From assembly GCA_963734495.1 (NCBI GenBank), contig CAVTHK010000003.1, forward strand, positions 1-64,000: a DNA stretch of 64,000 nt. Reading direction: 5' to 3'. The position numbers were made by a program, and so were the translations under genes. This DNA is from an uncultured Spirochaetota bacterium. GTDB lineage: Bacteria > Spirochaetota > Spirochaetia > SZUA-6 > CAVTHK01. Positions within the stretch are counted from its first letter, which is position 1. Every line of letters starts with the position of its first letter. Shown here piece after piece: positions 11,968-23,490 of the stretch. The notes below the pieces were generated by a model that did not search any database, had not been told where the DNA came from, and saw only the letters and a list, made by a program, of their open reading frames with translations.

Positions 11968-13187
11968 GCATTAAAAATCTTTTTAAAATTGCAATGAATG
12001 CCTTGCTGAGAAATAAGCTCAGGGCTTTTCTGACGATGCTGGGCATCATTATAGGAGTTGCGTCTGTCATTGCCATGCTTGGAATAGGGGAAGGTTCAAA
12101 GGCAAGCATACAGCAACAGATAGCAGGCATGGGATTGAACCTTGTAACAGTTGTTCCCGGGGTCTCAGCAAAGGGGAGGTGTCCAGTTCGGGGCTTCAAC
12201 CATGCAGAGTCTGAAGGAGACTGATGTGGATGCTATACTTTCAGAGTGTCCTGCTGTTCTTGCCGCAACTCCTGAAGTGAGAGGCAGCGGACAGGCGGTA
12301 TTCGGTCCGGCTAACTGGCCGACACAGATGGTTGGTGAAAATACCAGTTATCTGCAGATCAGGGAACGGTCTGTAACAAGCGGACGAATGTTTACTGACA
12401 GAGAGATCAGCGGAGCTTCAAAAGTCTGCCTGCTCGGACAGACTGTAATAACAAATTTATTTGGTGCAGGTGCCGATCCTGTTGGGCAGGTTATCAGATT
12501 CAAAAAAGTACCTTTTCTTGTAATCGGAGTCCTTGACGCAAAAGGTTTGAACACTTTCGGACAGGATCAGGATGATATTAATTCTGGCTCCATATACAAC
12601 AGTACAGAAAAGAATACAGGCTATCACCTGGGTAAACAGCATTTATACTTCTGCAGTTGATTCAAAATCTACTGATCTGGCAGCAAAACAGATAGAGGAA
12701 ACTTTACGCAGGCATCACAAGATCAAAGGATCTGATCAGAATGATTTCACAATAAGAAATCAGACAGAGCTTATTATCCACCTTCAGTTCCGTCAGCAAT
12801 ATCCTTACAATCCTGCTCGGGGCAATTGCAGGGATCTCGCTTCTTGTCGGAGGCATTGGTATTATGAATATTATGTATGTATCTGTTACTGAGAGAACAA
12901 GGGAGATAGGTCTTCGAATGGCAATCGGCGGAAGAGGCCGTGATATAATGCTGCAATTTCTTGCAGAATCAATGTTGCTTAGCATAACCGGAGGTATCAT
13001 AGGTATTCTTTTGGGTATTGCAGCCTCAAAAATAATCGGCTCCGCAATGTCATGGCCTGTGATTGTACTGCCCGGTTCTGAAATACTTTCATTTGCAGTG
13101 TGTACAGTTATCGGAGTATTCTTCGGCTGGTACCCTGCAAAAAAAGCATCAGGTCTCGATCCGATTGATGCCCTCAGGTATGAATAG
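11964..13187 (+). CDS. ABC transporter permease (MacB/FtsX family); frameshifted
   Basis: [63 protein letters not shown]. Confidence 0.92.
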
Positions 13188-13204
13188 GTAATTCCAGATA
13201 TGGA

Positions 13205-13296
13205 AATCGGTAATCGGTAATCAGTAATCGGTACGATCAATCGCTAGCGCGGATTTGCAATCCAGTGCTAACTTTGACACCGATTACAAATCGGTA
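13205..13296. repeat. Heptamer tandem repeats (GTAATCG) followed by two REP-like hairpins
   Basis: AATCGGT AATCGGT AATCAGT AATCGGT; TAGCGCGGATTTGCAATCCAGTGCTA (13245-13270); ACCGATTACAAATCGGT (13279-13295); lies between convergent genes. Confidence 0.65.
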
Positions 13297-13365
13297 ACAC
13301 CTGGTCCCTGGAGCTCTTGAAAGCTTCATCAACAGTCCCTGCAGTCCCAGCACCACCTGAGATCC

Positions 13366-14744
13366 CTAAACCGTATAGGGACTCCTCATTTCTCTTATAA
13401 ACAATTTATTGGCCTCCGGATCTCCTTTTACCTCACCAGCTACCGGATCCCATGTAATTTTTCTTCCGGTACGGATTGTAATATCGCCCATATGGCTTAT
13501 TGTATCTGAAATGATGGCTTCATCAAGAGGACATAATTCCTTTGATTTTCCGGTGATAATATCGACAAATACTTTTCCCATGGTGTTATTTTCACTGTTG
13601 ATCCAGCCATCATTGTTTTTAGGGAAATTATTCAGCTTCTGATTAATTTCCGGTATATCTGACTGTGCTGAAGAACGGCTTAGTGAGATCCATCCTTTTG
13701 ATCCAAAAAATGTTGTGCCGTTAGTCTCCTTTCTTGTCCGGTAGCTTAAGCATTCCGTTGAGTGCAACATCATCGCTCACAAAATGGAGCTCAAGTCCGT
13801 TATCATATTTGCATTTGACATCCCAGGAAAGGATATTATTGTACAATCCTCCCGGGGCCCAGAACTGTCCTGTTCCTTCACTCGTATAGGATCCTGATAC
13901 CTTATCCTTAAGTATCCATACCAGGATATCCAGCGGATGAGCTCCCCAGCCTCCGAGGAAGCCTATGCTGTAATCATAATTGAACCATGAGCTGTTATTT
14001 GTTACCCGTTCGGGGCAGTATGGTCTCATCGGAGCCGGTCCTGTCCATCTGTCAAAATCAAAATCAGGAGGAACAGGTACCTCATTACAGACAGGACTTT
14101 CAACAGGATTTTTGCCGGGAGCCCACACTTCAACGCGTTCTATATCACCGATTGCTCCTTCCCTGATCAGATCATATCCCAGCTTCATATGATCTGATGT
14201 GCGCTGCTGGGTACCATAATGAAAGCGTACATCATTGGCTGCAAGTTCCTTTGCAAGTATCTTGTATTCCGGATAGCTCAATCCCAGCGGTTTTGCAAGC
14301 ATTATATGTTTTCCTGCCCGGGCTGCCCTGATGGCTGCAGGAACATGCCAGTGATCAGGAGTTGTGATATGTACTGCATCGATATCCTTTCGCTGCAGGA
14401 TCTCTTCAAAATCAAGGTAGGGAAGACACTGAGGTGCAGAATCATTGTTGTCCCTGTAGAACTTGTTTATCAGTTCTGCGGTATTTTCCCTGCCGGTCCT
14501 TATGGACATCACAAACAGCAACATTATAAGCGCTTCTTAAGGGCAAAAGGTAATATCTCAGTTCGGCTGTTCCCCTGTCACCTACTCCGATATGAGCAAT
14601 GGTGACCCTGTCATTGGCACTTTTCCCGGATGAGCAGGATGGCAATATTGTGGGTAAAAGGGCAACACCAATTGCGCCTTTTACCGAGTGTTGTACAAAA
14701 TCCCTGCGGGATATTTCGCGCTTTGTTTTGTTCTTGTTTTCCAT
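13366..14744 (-). CDS. Gfo/Idh/MocA oxidoreductase with Tat signal; frameshifted
   Basis: SRRDFV, IGVGDRG, ITTPDHWH, AKP, GTQQR, WTGPAP, GWGAH, WDP tail across ORFs 14442-14819, 13721-14524, 13366-13773. Confidence 0.85.
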
Positions 14745-14778
14745 AGACGGTATATTTTTAAGAAAAATTATTATGGGG

Positions 14779-16486
14779 TCAATTCTTAAGATATTCATTA
14801 TATTTAAACTGCAATGCATCCATGCTGGCTTTTCCCGGGATTATCCATGTTCTGTATTTGAGATGAAGCCTGTCACCTTTTTTAAGTCTCAGCTTTCCAT
14901 CATACAGTACGGCGGGGCTGTAGTAAAAAAACGGGATTGCCGGGGTATTGATAATATACCAGCTGGTTGAAGGTGTAGTGTATTTCATATCCTGGAAGAT
15001 GCACATTCCTGCCGTATCGCCTGAGAGGGTACTAAATCCCATGTAGACCCACTTGTTTTTTTTATAGTTGCCAGTTGTGTCAGGGGCCATTATAACCGGC
15101 GGAATTGTAATCCTGACTGAAACGGATCGATAGTCCTGCATAGCCGCCCCAGGTCCTGCCACCAGGCTCTTTCTGAACAGGGGTACGGTCGAGTATCACT
15201 TCGTCTGCAACCGGATCAAATATGCTTTCATGGTCAATGTAGTAGCTGCCATCAGCGGATGGGGGATGAAACGTGAATATTACGGTTTTCTGAAAGAAGG
15301 ACGGCGCTGTCAGCGGGAGAGTAGTTTAAAAACAGGTGGATATCAGCTGAATAGTCTGGATTCCTACTGATCTCAGTTTTTGTAATTTTGGTTATGCCTG
15401 CTGACTTATAGCCTGTCTCATCTGATTTGAAATCATCCAGGTACTCCCAGTAATTTACACCGTTGATAAATTTCCAGGAGAACCAGAAACCGAGATGCCA
15501 TGGATGATCGGGCGGACTTGCACATGTCAGTACTGATTTATTTGCACATAATGGGTGAAAATATGGTTTCCCGAAGCGGTTATTGAAATTTAACCTCCAT
15601 ATTATGATCGGAACCCTTTTTCAGTGCAATGGTGGTATCAGATTGTTCCCAGGTGAATTGCTGATTGTCAGGTTCAGTAATTTCTGCTATCTCAGAAGGA
15701 GGTTCAATGGTTACCTCTCTTTTTGATGCCCATTGAGTGGCACGCAGGATCAGGGTTTGCAGTCCGGAGTTAAGGAGTGCCCTTTCATTATGGCCAAGGG
15801 TTGTAAAAAAGCTCCGGCCCTTTCCTGTCTGGTTTACAAAAACAGCATTTTCATTTATCTGATGGCCGTCTTTTGTATCGGTTGCGGTTACTGAGGCCAG
15901 AGGCTGAGCTTCCGGGATAGATATCTGTCTTTTCCCAGATTTCATCAATTATGTAAAAATCCCTGAATCCTTTTGTTACAGGATGTTCCCTGTCGAATCC
16001 TGAAATCTTTCCTAGTGTCTGTTCTCCATGTTTCGTATCTTTTCCCCATCTGCCGATTCCGATTTTATGATAGTCATCCCAGCCATAAAAGGATGATGCA
16101 CCGGCATGAATAAATACAGCCCCGCCTCCATTTCTGATAAATCTGCTAAAGGATTTTTCCCATTCAGCCGGGAAGCGAAGATTATTATCGGGCCAGGTAT
16201 TCCAGTTGCTTACAATAACATCATATTCTTTTAATTGCTTGTATGTCAGTGTGTCAGGTAATTCGGTAATGGCTACTGAAAACAAATGGGTTTCCTTATA
16301 GATCCTTGCCAGCAGTGGAGTAGTCTTCTGCCATTCATGGTTGTTCCTGCCGCTCAAAATAAGAACCTTGATTGGACCACTTTCCGGTGATTTGGCGCAG
16401 CTCCCAAGTGTCAGGAGGAGTACAGCTATGAATAACGCTTTGGAAATATGCATTTTAAGATCTGTCATGTGATTCGGATCTTTCAT
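14779..16486 (-). CDS. ThuA-like domain fused to C-terminal PmoA/DUF6807-like beta domain; frameshifted
   Basis: N-terminal lipobox LGSC, VLILSGRNNHEW, GGGAVFIHA, GRSFFTTLGH; C-terminal part contains KPYFHP and DHPWHLGFWFSW (minus strand ~15480-15570). Confidence 0.6.
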
Positions 16487-16529
16487 AAGTTTCTTTAATG
16501 CCTTACCAGAAATTTTTCATAACCATTTT

Positions 16530-16626
16530 TTAACCACGGAGTTTCACTGAGTTGTCACTGAGTTTCACGGGGAAGAATCAACTCCGTGTTTTACTCCGTG
16601 CCACTCTGTGTGACTCAGTGGTTAAA
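16530..16626. repeat. Inverted short-period repeat module (TTAACCACGGAG ... CTC.GTGGTTAA), copy 1
   Basis: Left arm CACGGAG/CACTGAG units, right arm CTCCGTG/CTCTGTG units, bounded by TTAACCAC...GTGGTTAA. Confidence 0.8.
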
Positions 16627-16655
16627 GCGCCCTTAGCCCTGCGCCCTGCGCCGCT

Positions 16656-17477
16656 TCACAACAGTCCTGAAAGATGTTCAAAGCTTCTGACCGCCTGATC
16701 AATTGTTCCGCATTCAACTGAGAAGACGATATCCTTGCCTGTTGATTTTACTATGTCAATAATTCGTTTCCAGTCAACAACTCCGTCACCGCAGGCACAT
16801 CCGACGGGTGTTCCGGACACTTTTCCACGTTCAGCATTACTCTGTTCCATGCTGATATCCTTTGCATGAAGGTGCACCAGTCTGTTTTTCACTCTTTCAA
16901 GCCATTCATACACATCGGAGCCGCCGGCAAGATAACTGTTGCCTGTATCAAAATTTATTCCTATTGCAGGAGATTTGACAAGATTATAGATACTGTCAAG
17001 ACCGTCCGGAGTTTTACTGTACTGCTGATGTGGTTCAAGCCCGATTGCAACCTTATGCCGTTCTGCTACTCTGGCCGCCTCTGTCAGTGTGTATGTCATA
17101 AGCATATAGTCCATCTCTCTGGTTGTCCATTCCGGTTTTGGTCCCTCATCGGTGTTAATGACAGGCACACCTATTTCTGATGCAAAGCGGACAGCCTGCT
17201 TCAGGTATTCCACGCTGATCTCAGGCTTGCATAAGGGAGTGTGAGATGAAAAACCTGAAATTTTAACATTGTTCATGTCACATATCTCCTTGATATACAG
17301 AGGATCATTATACATTGAAACAGAATGAAAATATTCTGCTTCGCTGAGCAGTTCCCGGCCAAGATGTAACATAGGTTCGACATATTCGTAGCCGATGGCA
17401 GCTGCTTTTTTCACGCCATTTACAAACGACATATCGTGATGGCGCACGAATTCCATGTTGATGCCCAATTTTATCAT
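16656..17477 (-). CDS. Sugar phosphate isomerase/epimerase (xylose isomerase-like TIM barrel)
   Basis: Intact 273 aa; GYEYVE, IGLEPH, INFDTGN, HLHAKD, GDGVVDW, FSVE. Confidence 0.88.
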   Translation of the reverse strand: MIKLGINMEFVRHHDMSFVNGVKKAAAIGYEYVEPMLHLGRELLSEAEYFHSVSMYNDPLYIKEICDMNNVKISGFSSHTPLCKPEISVEYLKQAVRFASEIGVPVINTDEGPKPEWTTREMDYMLMTYTLTEAARVAERHKVAIGLEPHQQYSKTPDGLDSIYNLVKSPAIGINFDTGNSYLAGGSDVYEWLERVKNRLVHLHAKDISMEQSNAERGKVSGTPVGCACGDGVVDWKRIIDIVKSTGKDIVFSVECGTIDQAVRSFEHLSGLL

Positions 17478-17501
17478 ACGCTTCTTTTTTGAATATTTAA
17501 T

Positions 17502-17596
17502 TTAACCACGGGGTTACACAGAGTTTTCACAGAGTTTCACGGTGATTTGTTACTCCGTGTTCTTCTCAGTGCAACACCGCGTAACTCCGTGGTTAA
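17502..17596. repeat. Inverted short-period repeat module, copy 2 of the 16530 family
   Basis: TTAACCACGGGG..CACAGAG..CACAGAG..CACGG / CTCCGTG..CTCAGTG..CTCCGTGGTTAA. Confidence 0.8.
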
Positions 17597-17681
17597 TAAT
17601 TCAATATCCATCTCTGAACACTCAATCACCTCCTCATGCCTGACGCCTCATACCTGATCACCTGATGCCTGATGCCTGAAG

Positions 17682-18693
17682 TTACGCAAGTATATTCCTG
17701 CAGAACTCCACACATTTCTTCACCTCTGCCACGGCATCCGAACCCTCTGGTACAGGATATTCCAGTTCAATGTCTGCATAGATCGGCCACTTGTTCTTTT
17801 TAAGCAGGAGGAGGATATCGGCAATTGGTGTTTCTCCCTTTCCCCAGGGCATATTGGTGTTGGGAGGATTTCCTTTTGGTCCGGTTTTATCTTTCATATG
17901 AATACTCACGATCCGGCTATGAAGCTTTTCGATAATGCCATTGGGATGTAAGCCTGTAGCTCCAAAATAATGCCCGGCATCAAAATTCAGCATGTTGGCA
18001 GGAGAGTATCCAAGGAACTTATCGAAGTTCCAGCCCGGTTCGCCTGGCTGAAGGTGCTGATGAAAGATGGCGTACATTCCCATTCTCTGTGCAAATGGCC
18101 CAAGCCTCATGCAGGCCTTATCTCCTATTTCATTTGTAACACCTTTAGTGCCCAGTGCTTTGGCTGCTTTAAAGGCATATTCGATCTCCTTGTCGGTCCA
18201 TTTTTCAGGAGAGAATTTAACTATATGGATATTTACTCCGGCGTCATTGTACATTTTCCGGAGATGCCTCATATTTTTTCATTGAAGTTGAGAGCCGCCA
18301 CTTCGTTTGAGCATCCGCGGCTTCCTTTGAGGCTTTTTCAAAGTCCGCGATTTCTTTATCAGATAATAATACGCCGGCGGCAGGCTTTACAGGTCCCTGT
18401 GGCAATCCGGCATATTTTTCGGCAACATCTCCCATCAGTTCGATGGAGCTGATGCCTGTCAGGAGGCAGTATTGAAGTATCTCTTCCGCACTGCCGGGCA
18501 TACTTCGCCACGAGTATGTGATGGCTCCAACCTGAACACCGCCAAACTCCGAGTTTGGCTTGCTTTCTTTCTGATTTCCTGAACTCCGGATAATGAAATT
18601 TCCGGGTAAAGCTGAAAATGCTGCAGCGGCTGCCGTAAGTCCCACAAATTTTCGTCTTGAAACCTGATTAGCTGACTTTTTACCGTTCTCCAT
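17682..18693 (-). CDS. Tat-exported sugar phosphate isomerase/epimerase-like TIM barrel; frameshifted
   Basis: SRRKFV Tat motif, FGGVQVGAITYSWR, NFDAGH, SIHMKD, WGKGETPI, DIELEY. Confidence 0.82.
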
Positions 18694-18725
18694 TTGGTTG
18701 AGTTTATATATATTTCAAATCTTTT

Positions 18726-18797
18726 TCCCGCAGATCGCGCAGATTTACGCAGATCAGTTTTTCATAATCCGCGAAGATCAGCGGGATCAGCGGGAAA
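18726..18797. repeat. Inverted short-period repeat module (CGCAGAT units / ATC.GCG units)
   Basis: TCCCGCAGATCGCGCAGATTTACGCAGAT ... ATCCGCGAAGATCAGCGGGATCAGCGGGA. Confidence 0.75.
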
Positions 18798-18818
18798 TTT
18801 TAAATAGCTTCCGCCGCC

Positions 18819-19953
18819 TCACACCTTCACCCAGATATTCCCGGCTTTGTTGGAATCGACAACGGCATGTATGAATTTCATGCCTCTTACCCCGTCATGC
18901 ACTGTAGGGAATTCGCAAGGGTCAAATTTCTCGCCTCTGTATTGATTTTGCTGTTCCCTTGTATATATTGGCCAGGGCTTCATAAATACCTTCAGGATGA
19001 CCGGATGGCATGGTATGTGCTGCCTCGGCATTCTTCCCATTGTAGCCATGGGCAGGTTTAAATATCTTTGTTGGCTCAGAGTCGCTCAGCATGGTAAGAT
19101 AATTCGGGTTTTCCTGACCCCACTTCAGGCTGGCCTTTGATCCGTAAACAGCTATTGTGAGGCCGTTTTCCTCGCCTCCGCATACCTGGCTGGCACGTAT
19201 AACGCCTTTCAGCTTCTTTCCGAAACGAAGCAGGACAGTTCCGTCAAGATCGAGTTTGATTCCCTCCTTGACAGGGCTCAGATCCGACAGAACCTCTTTT
19301 ATTTCAAGTCCTGTTGTGTATTCAATGAGGTTGAATGCATGAACTCCGATGTCTCCCATGCAGCTGCTTGCTCCGGCATGCTTTGGATCAAGCCGCCATA
19401 CGCCTGTTATCCTGCTTTCCGTTCCGTGTATGATCGAGTTGATCCATCCCTGATAGTATTGTGCATCAATCCTCTGGATATTTCCCAGAGCTCCGCTGGC
19501 TATCATATCCCTCATCTGTCTTACCATCGGATAGCCGGTATAGGTGTGAGTCAGTGCGAATGTCAGCTTTGTTTTTGCGACAAGCTTCTCAAGTTCAACG
19601 GCTTCCGCGACAGTCATTGTCATCGGTTTCTCGCAAACCAGATGAAATCCATTTGAAAGAAGACTTTTTGCAAAAGGATAATGGAGAGCATTGGGTGTGA
19701 CTATTGCAACTACCTCTATCCGTTTGTCGGCGGCCATTTTGGTCTCTGCCTCAATAAGAGCATCGACAGATTTGTAGCAACGGTCCGGACTTATGCCCTC
19801 TTTTTTTGCGAATTGCCTGCTTTTTTCATAGTCGGCATCAAAAACCCCTCCTACGAGTTCAAAATCGTTGCATATTCTTGATGCCCGGCGGTGAGCATCA
19901 CCTATAAATGCACCAATGCCGCCTCCTATCATTCCTAATCTGAGTTTTTTCAT
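18819..19953 (-). CDS. Gfo/Idh/MocA oxidoreductase (cytoplasmic); frameshift near the C-terminus
   Basis: [48 protein letters not shown]. Confidence 0.9.
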
Positions 19954-20117
19954 AGTAATACTTTTATCTTTTAACTTTTGTCTTAATATCTGAACATGTT
20001 TTCTATTCTTACATCCACCTCCCAAGCTTCCCTCCAGGACCCCGCTCGAAAGGGGGCATTTTAATATCTTTTTACAGTAATTATACTCTTGTCTTCAGTG
20101 GGTCTGGTGGGCTTAAT

Positions 20118-21336
20118 CTAAACATTTTTCCTTTTCCTTAAATGCAGTATTGTAAAAAACACGATAAGAACTGCAGGGACAAATGCGACAAGTCTCAGAG
20201 TATTGGCTCCGCCTGTAAGCTGTGCCTGTGCAGATGTGACTGCCTCGTTTGACATTGCAGCAGCTGCGGCAGTCTGTGCATCAAAAATAGCTCCGAGTAC
20301 CGGCTGTGCTATTGCTCCGCCAAGAAACCCAATTCCGCCCATGATGGCAAGTCCAAGAGCTCCGCTTTCCGGAATATTTTCTGAAACAAAGCCCAGCATT
20401 GAGGGCCAGAAAAATGCAATGCCCAACGCAAAAATTCCTGCTGCAGCAAAGACCATTGCACCGCTCGTATAACCCATGAGAATACACCCTATAAAAGCCA
20501 GTATTGATGATGTAAGCAGTACCACCGTTGATTTGAGATTATGGATGAGTGTGCCTCCGAACTGACGTGCAAGTGCCATAATTCCTGAGATCCAGACAAG
20601 AAGAAGGATCGGATTGTCCGAAACATTCTTCAGAAGTGCTGCAATCCACTGGTTCGTGCCCAAGTTCAGTTGACGCAGTCAGAAGCATGCAGAATGCCAT
20701 AAAGAGAAACAATGGACTGACGCATGCCTTCAGCATATCCTTGTAGGAAAATCCTGAAACAACACGTTCTGTCTGGGGAAATGATTTATTCAGAAACATG
20801 TATCCATAGGCGAAGGTCGGGAGAAGCATTATTCCCATTGCATAACGCCAGTCCTGCAAGTCCGATTTTATTGAAAAGGTATACAATCAGGCCACCTATA
20901 ACTATACCGGTCGGGAACCATGCATGAAAACGATTCAGCCTCCTGGTCTTTTCATCAGTGTACATGCTTGTTATCAGGGGATTACATGCAGCTTCAACAC
21001 TTCCGTTAGCAATTCCGATCAATAATGTCGAAATAAACAAGTGACCAGAATCCTGTAGCAATAATGGTCAGAATAATTCCTGCAACATGACAGAAGAATG
21101 CAATGGAAATGATTCTTCCGAGTCCAATAATATCTACCAGCGGTCCTCCGAAAACCATTGCCAGTGTGAAGCCCCAGAAGGCTGTTCCGACTATCCATCC
21201 GACCTGTGTGTGAGTCAGGTTGAATTCAGTGGCCCAGGCTTCTACGAATGAACCCCTTGTGGCAAAGGCTAATGCCGTGACGACTAATGCAACACAGCTT
21301 GCATTGAATAACTGGGTTTTCTTAACAGTGATCCAT
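20118..21336 (-). CDS. MFS transporter (sugar-type); frameshifted
   Basis: Hydrophobic ORF pieces; GIANGSVEAACNPL, LNRFHAWFPTGIVIGG, FFWPSMLGFVSE. Confidence 0.85.
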
Positions 21337-21390
21337 TTTGAGGTTATTAGGTTAGGTTGTATGTTAAAGGTTTGTTAATTCTGTTATTAG

Positions 21391-22387
21391 CTATTTCTTT
21401 TCAAACGCAGCATCAAATGCAATATTGGATGACGGGAAATCCACCTTTCTGACAAATTCGCAGGCCTCTTTTGCACCGAATTCCCTGTCCATTCCACTGT
21501 CTTCCCACTCAACTGACAAGCGGACCTTTATAATTGATCCGGTTAAGAGCCCTGATTATTGCTTCGAAGTCAATGTTCCCATGCCCCAGGCTCCTGAAAT
21601 CCCAGAATCTTCCAAGAGTTCCGAATTCAGAATGTCCGCCGAAGACTCCGGCCTCAGTGGGACATTTTGACCATCCTACATCCTTCATATGTACATGCAG
21701 AATTTTATCTCCAAATTCAAGAAGCAGCTTCACATAATCAACTCCCTGGTAACCAAGATGTGACGGGTCAAAGTTGAATCCGAAATTTGAATGGTTGTTG
21801 AGAGCTTTAAGTGTTCTTCTTGCTGAGACAATATCGAATGCCACTTCAGTGGGATGTATTTCGAGTGCAAACATTATCCCGAGCTCATGAAATTTGTCAA
21901 GGACCGGTATAAGGCGTGCTGCAAAGTCAGCATAGCCTTTATCTATCATTGCAGGGGTTACAGGAGGGAAAGAGTAAAGCAGATGCCATATCGGACTGCC
22001 GGTGAAACCGTTAACAGTTGTCACTCCCAGCCTTTTAGCCGCTTCGGCAGTATGCACCATTTCATTTGCTGCACGCTGATGAACGCCCTCGGGATCTCCG
22101 TCTCCCCACACATATGCCGGAAGAATACCTTTATGCCGTTCATCTATAACATCCGTCATAGCCTGTCCGACAAGATGATTGGAGATAGCAAAAACCTTCA
22201 GCCCGTATTTTGCAAGAGTCTCCTTTTTCTTGCGGCAATATGCATCATCAGCTTTATTGACCTCAAAATGGTCACCCCAACATGCAAGCTCCAAACCATC
22301 ATAGCCGAATGATTTGGCTTTCTGACAAACAGTTTCAAATGGCAAATCTGCCCATTGTCCTGTAAATAATGTTACTGGTCTGCTCAT
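21391..22387 (-). CDS. Sugar phosphate isomerase/epimerase (IolE/AP_endonuc_2-like TIM barrel); C-terminal frameshift
   Basis: [54 protein letters not shown]; tail [17 protein letters not shown]. Confidence 0.9.
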
Positions 22388-22429
22388 AGTTCTATGTGTT
22401 TAAATTGTAATTTGATATATTTCTGTTTG

Positions 22430-22604
22430 AGTCCGAAGTCCGAAGTAGTCATTCAGTAGTCATTCAGTAGTCATTCAGTAGTCATTCAATAGTCATTCAT
22501 GGTCACTAATATCATTAATGACCATTAATGACGCTGCAAGCAAATGACCATAAATGACGCCCGAAGCCAAATGACAACTGCTTCTCGTCTTCCGTCTTCT
22601 GTCC
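22430..22604. repeat. 11-bp tandem repeat (AGTAGTCATTC x4 plus 1 variant) with inverted AATGAC arm, enclosed by heptamer tracts
   Basis: Units at 22444-22498; AATGAC repeats 22517-22575; outer GTCCGAA x2 on the left and CTTC.GT repeats on the right. Confidence 0.8.
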
Positions 22605-22731
22605 TAAATCCATAACAAGTATATAAAACATTCCTTTAAAAAACAATTATAATTGCCGAGGGCTGTATTAAATGAATAAAATAATTCCGGAATATACTTA
22701 CTTTGTCTGATCGAATTTACAAAATTAAACC

Positions 22732-23490
22732 ATGGACAAAGTATCAGATATTCTTCTCAACCGCAGAACTATACGGAAATATACAAATGAAACTGTTGGT
22801 GAAACGCTTCTGAATGAGCTTCTCACTATGGCCTGCAGGGCTTCAACAACAGGAAATATGCAGGTTTACAGCATAATCATTACCAGGGATGATGAGAAGA
22901 AGAGAGAACTTGCTCCTCTTGCACTTCAATCAGAAAATGATCACTGAAGCACCTGTAGTACTGACATTCTGTGCAGATTTCAACAGGTTTAACAAATGGT
23001 GCATTTTGAGAAATGCAGAACCGGGCTATGATAATTTTCTTTCATTCATTACTGCCGCGATTGATGCCCTGCTTGCTGCCCAGACATTCTGCATTGCAGC
23101 TGAATCAGAAGGACTTGGGATATGTTACCTGGGAACCACAACCTATATGGCTCATAAAATTATAGATGTTCTGAAGCTTCCCAAAGGTGTTGTTCCGGTA
23201 ACCACAATCACCCTTGGCTGGCCCGCGGAGAAACCCGAACAGGTTGACCGGCTTCCTCTTGAAGCGGTAATTCATAATGAGACATATTGCTGATTATACG
23301 GATGAGAAGATTGAGATGTTTTATCAGGGAAAAAGAGGAGAGAAGCGATTCGCTCCAGTTCATCAAGGAGAATAATAAAGAGACCCTGGCCCAGGTGTTC
23401 ACGGATGTGAGATACAAAAAGGCAGATAATGTTTATTTCTCGAATATGTTTCTGCAGGTTTTGAAGGATCAGGGGTTTATGAATCAGTAG
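22732..23490 (+). CDS. NADPH-dependent nitroreductase/flavin reductase (NfsA-like); frameshifted
   Basis: RRTIRKY, RASTTGNMQVYS, FCADFNR, AESEGLGICYLG, RLPLEAVIH. Confidence 0.88.

Noticed and set aside
22444-22498. Possible CRISPR array
   Set aside because: Units are 11 bp and contiguous, with no spacers and no cas genes in the window
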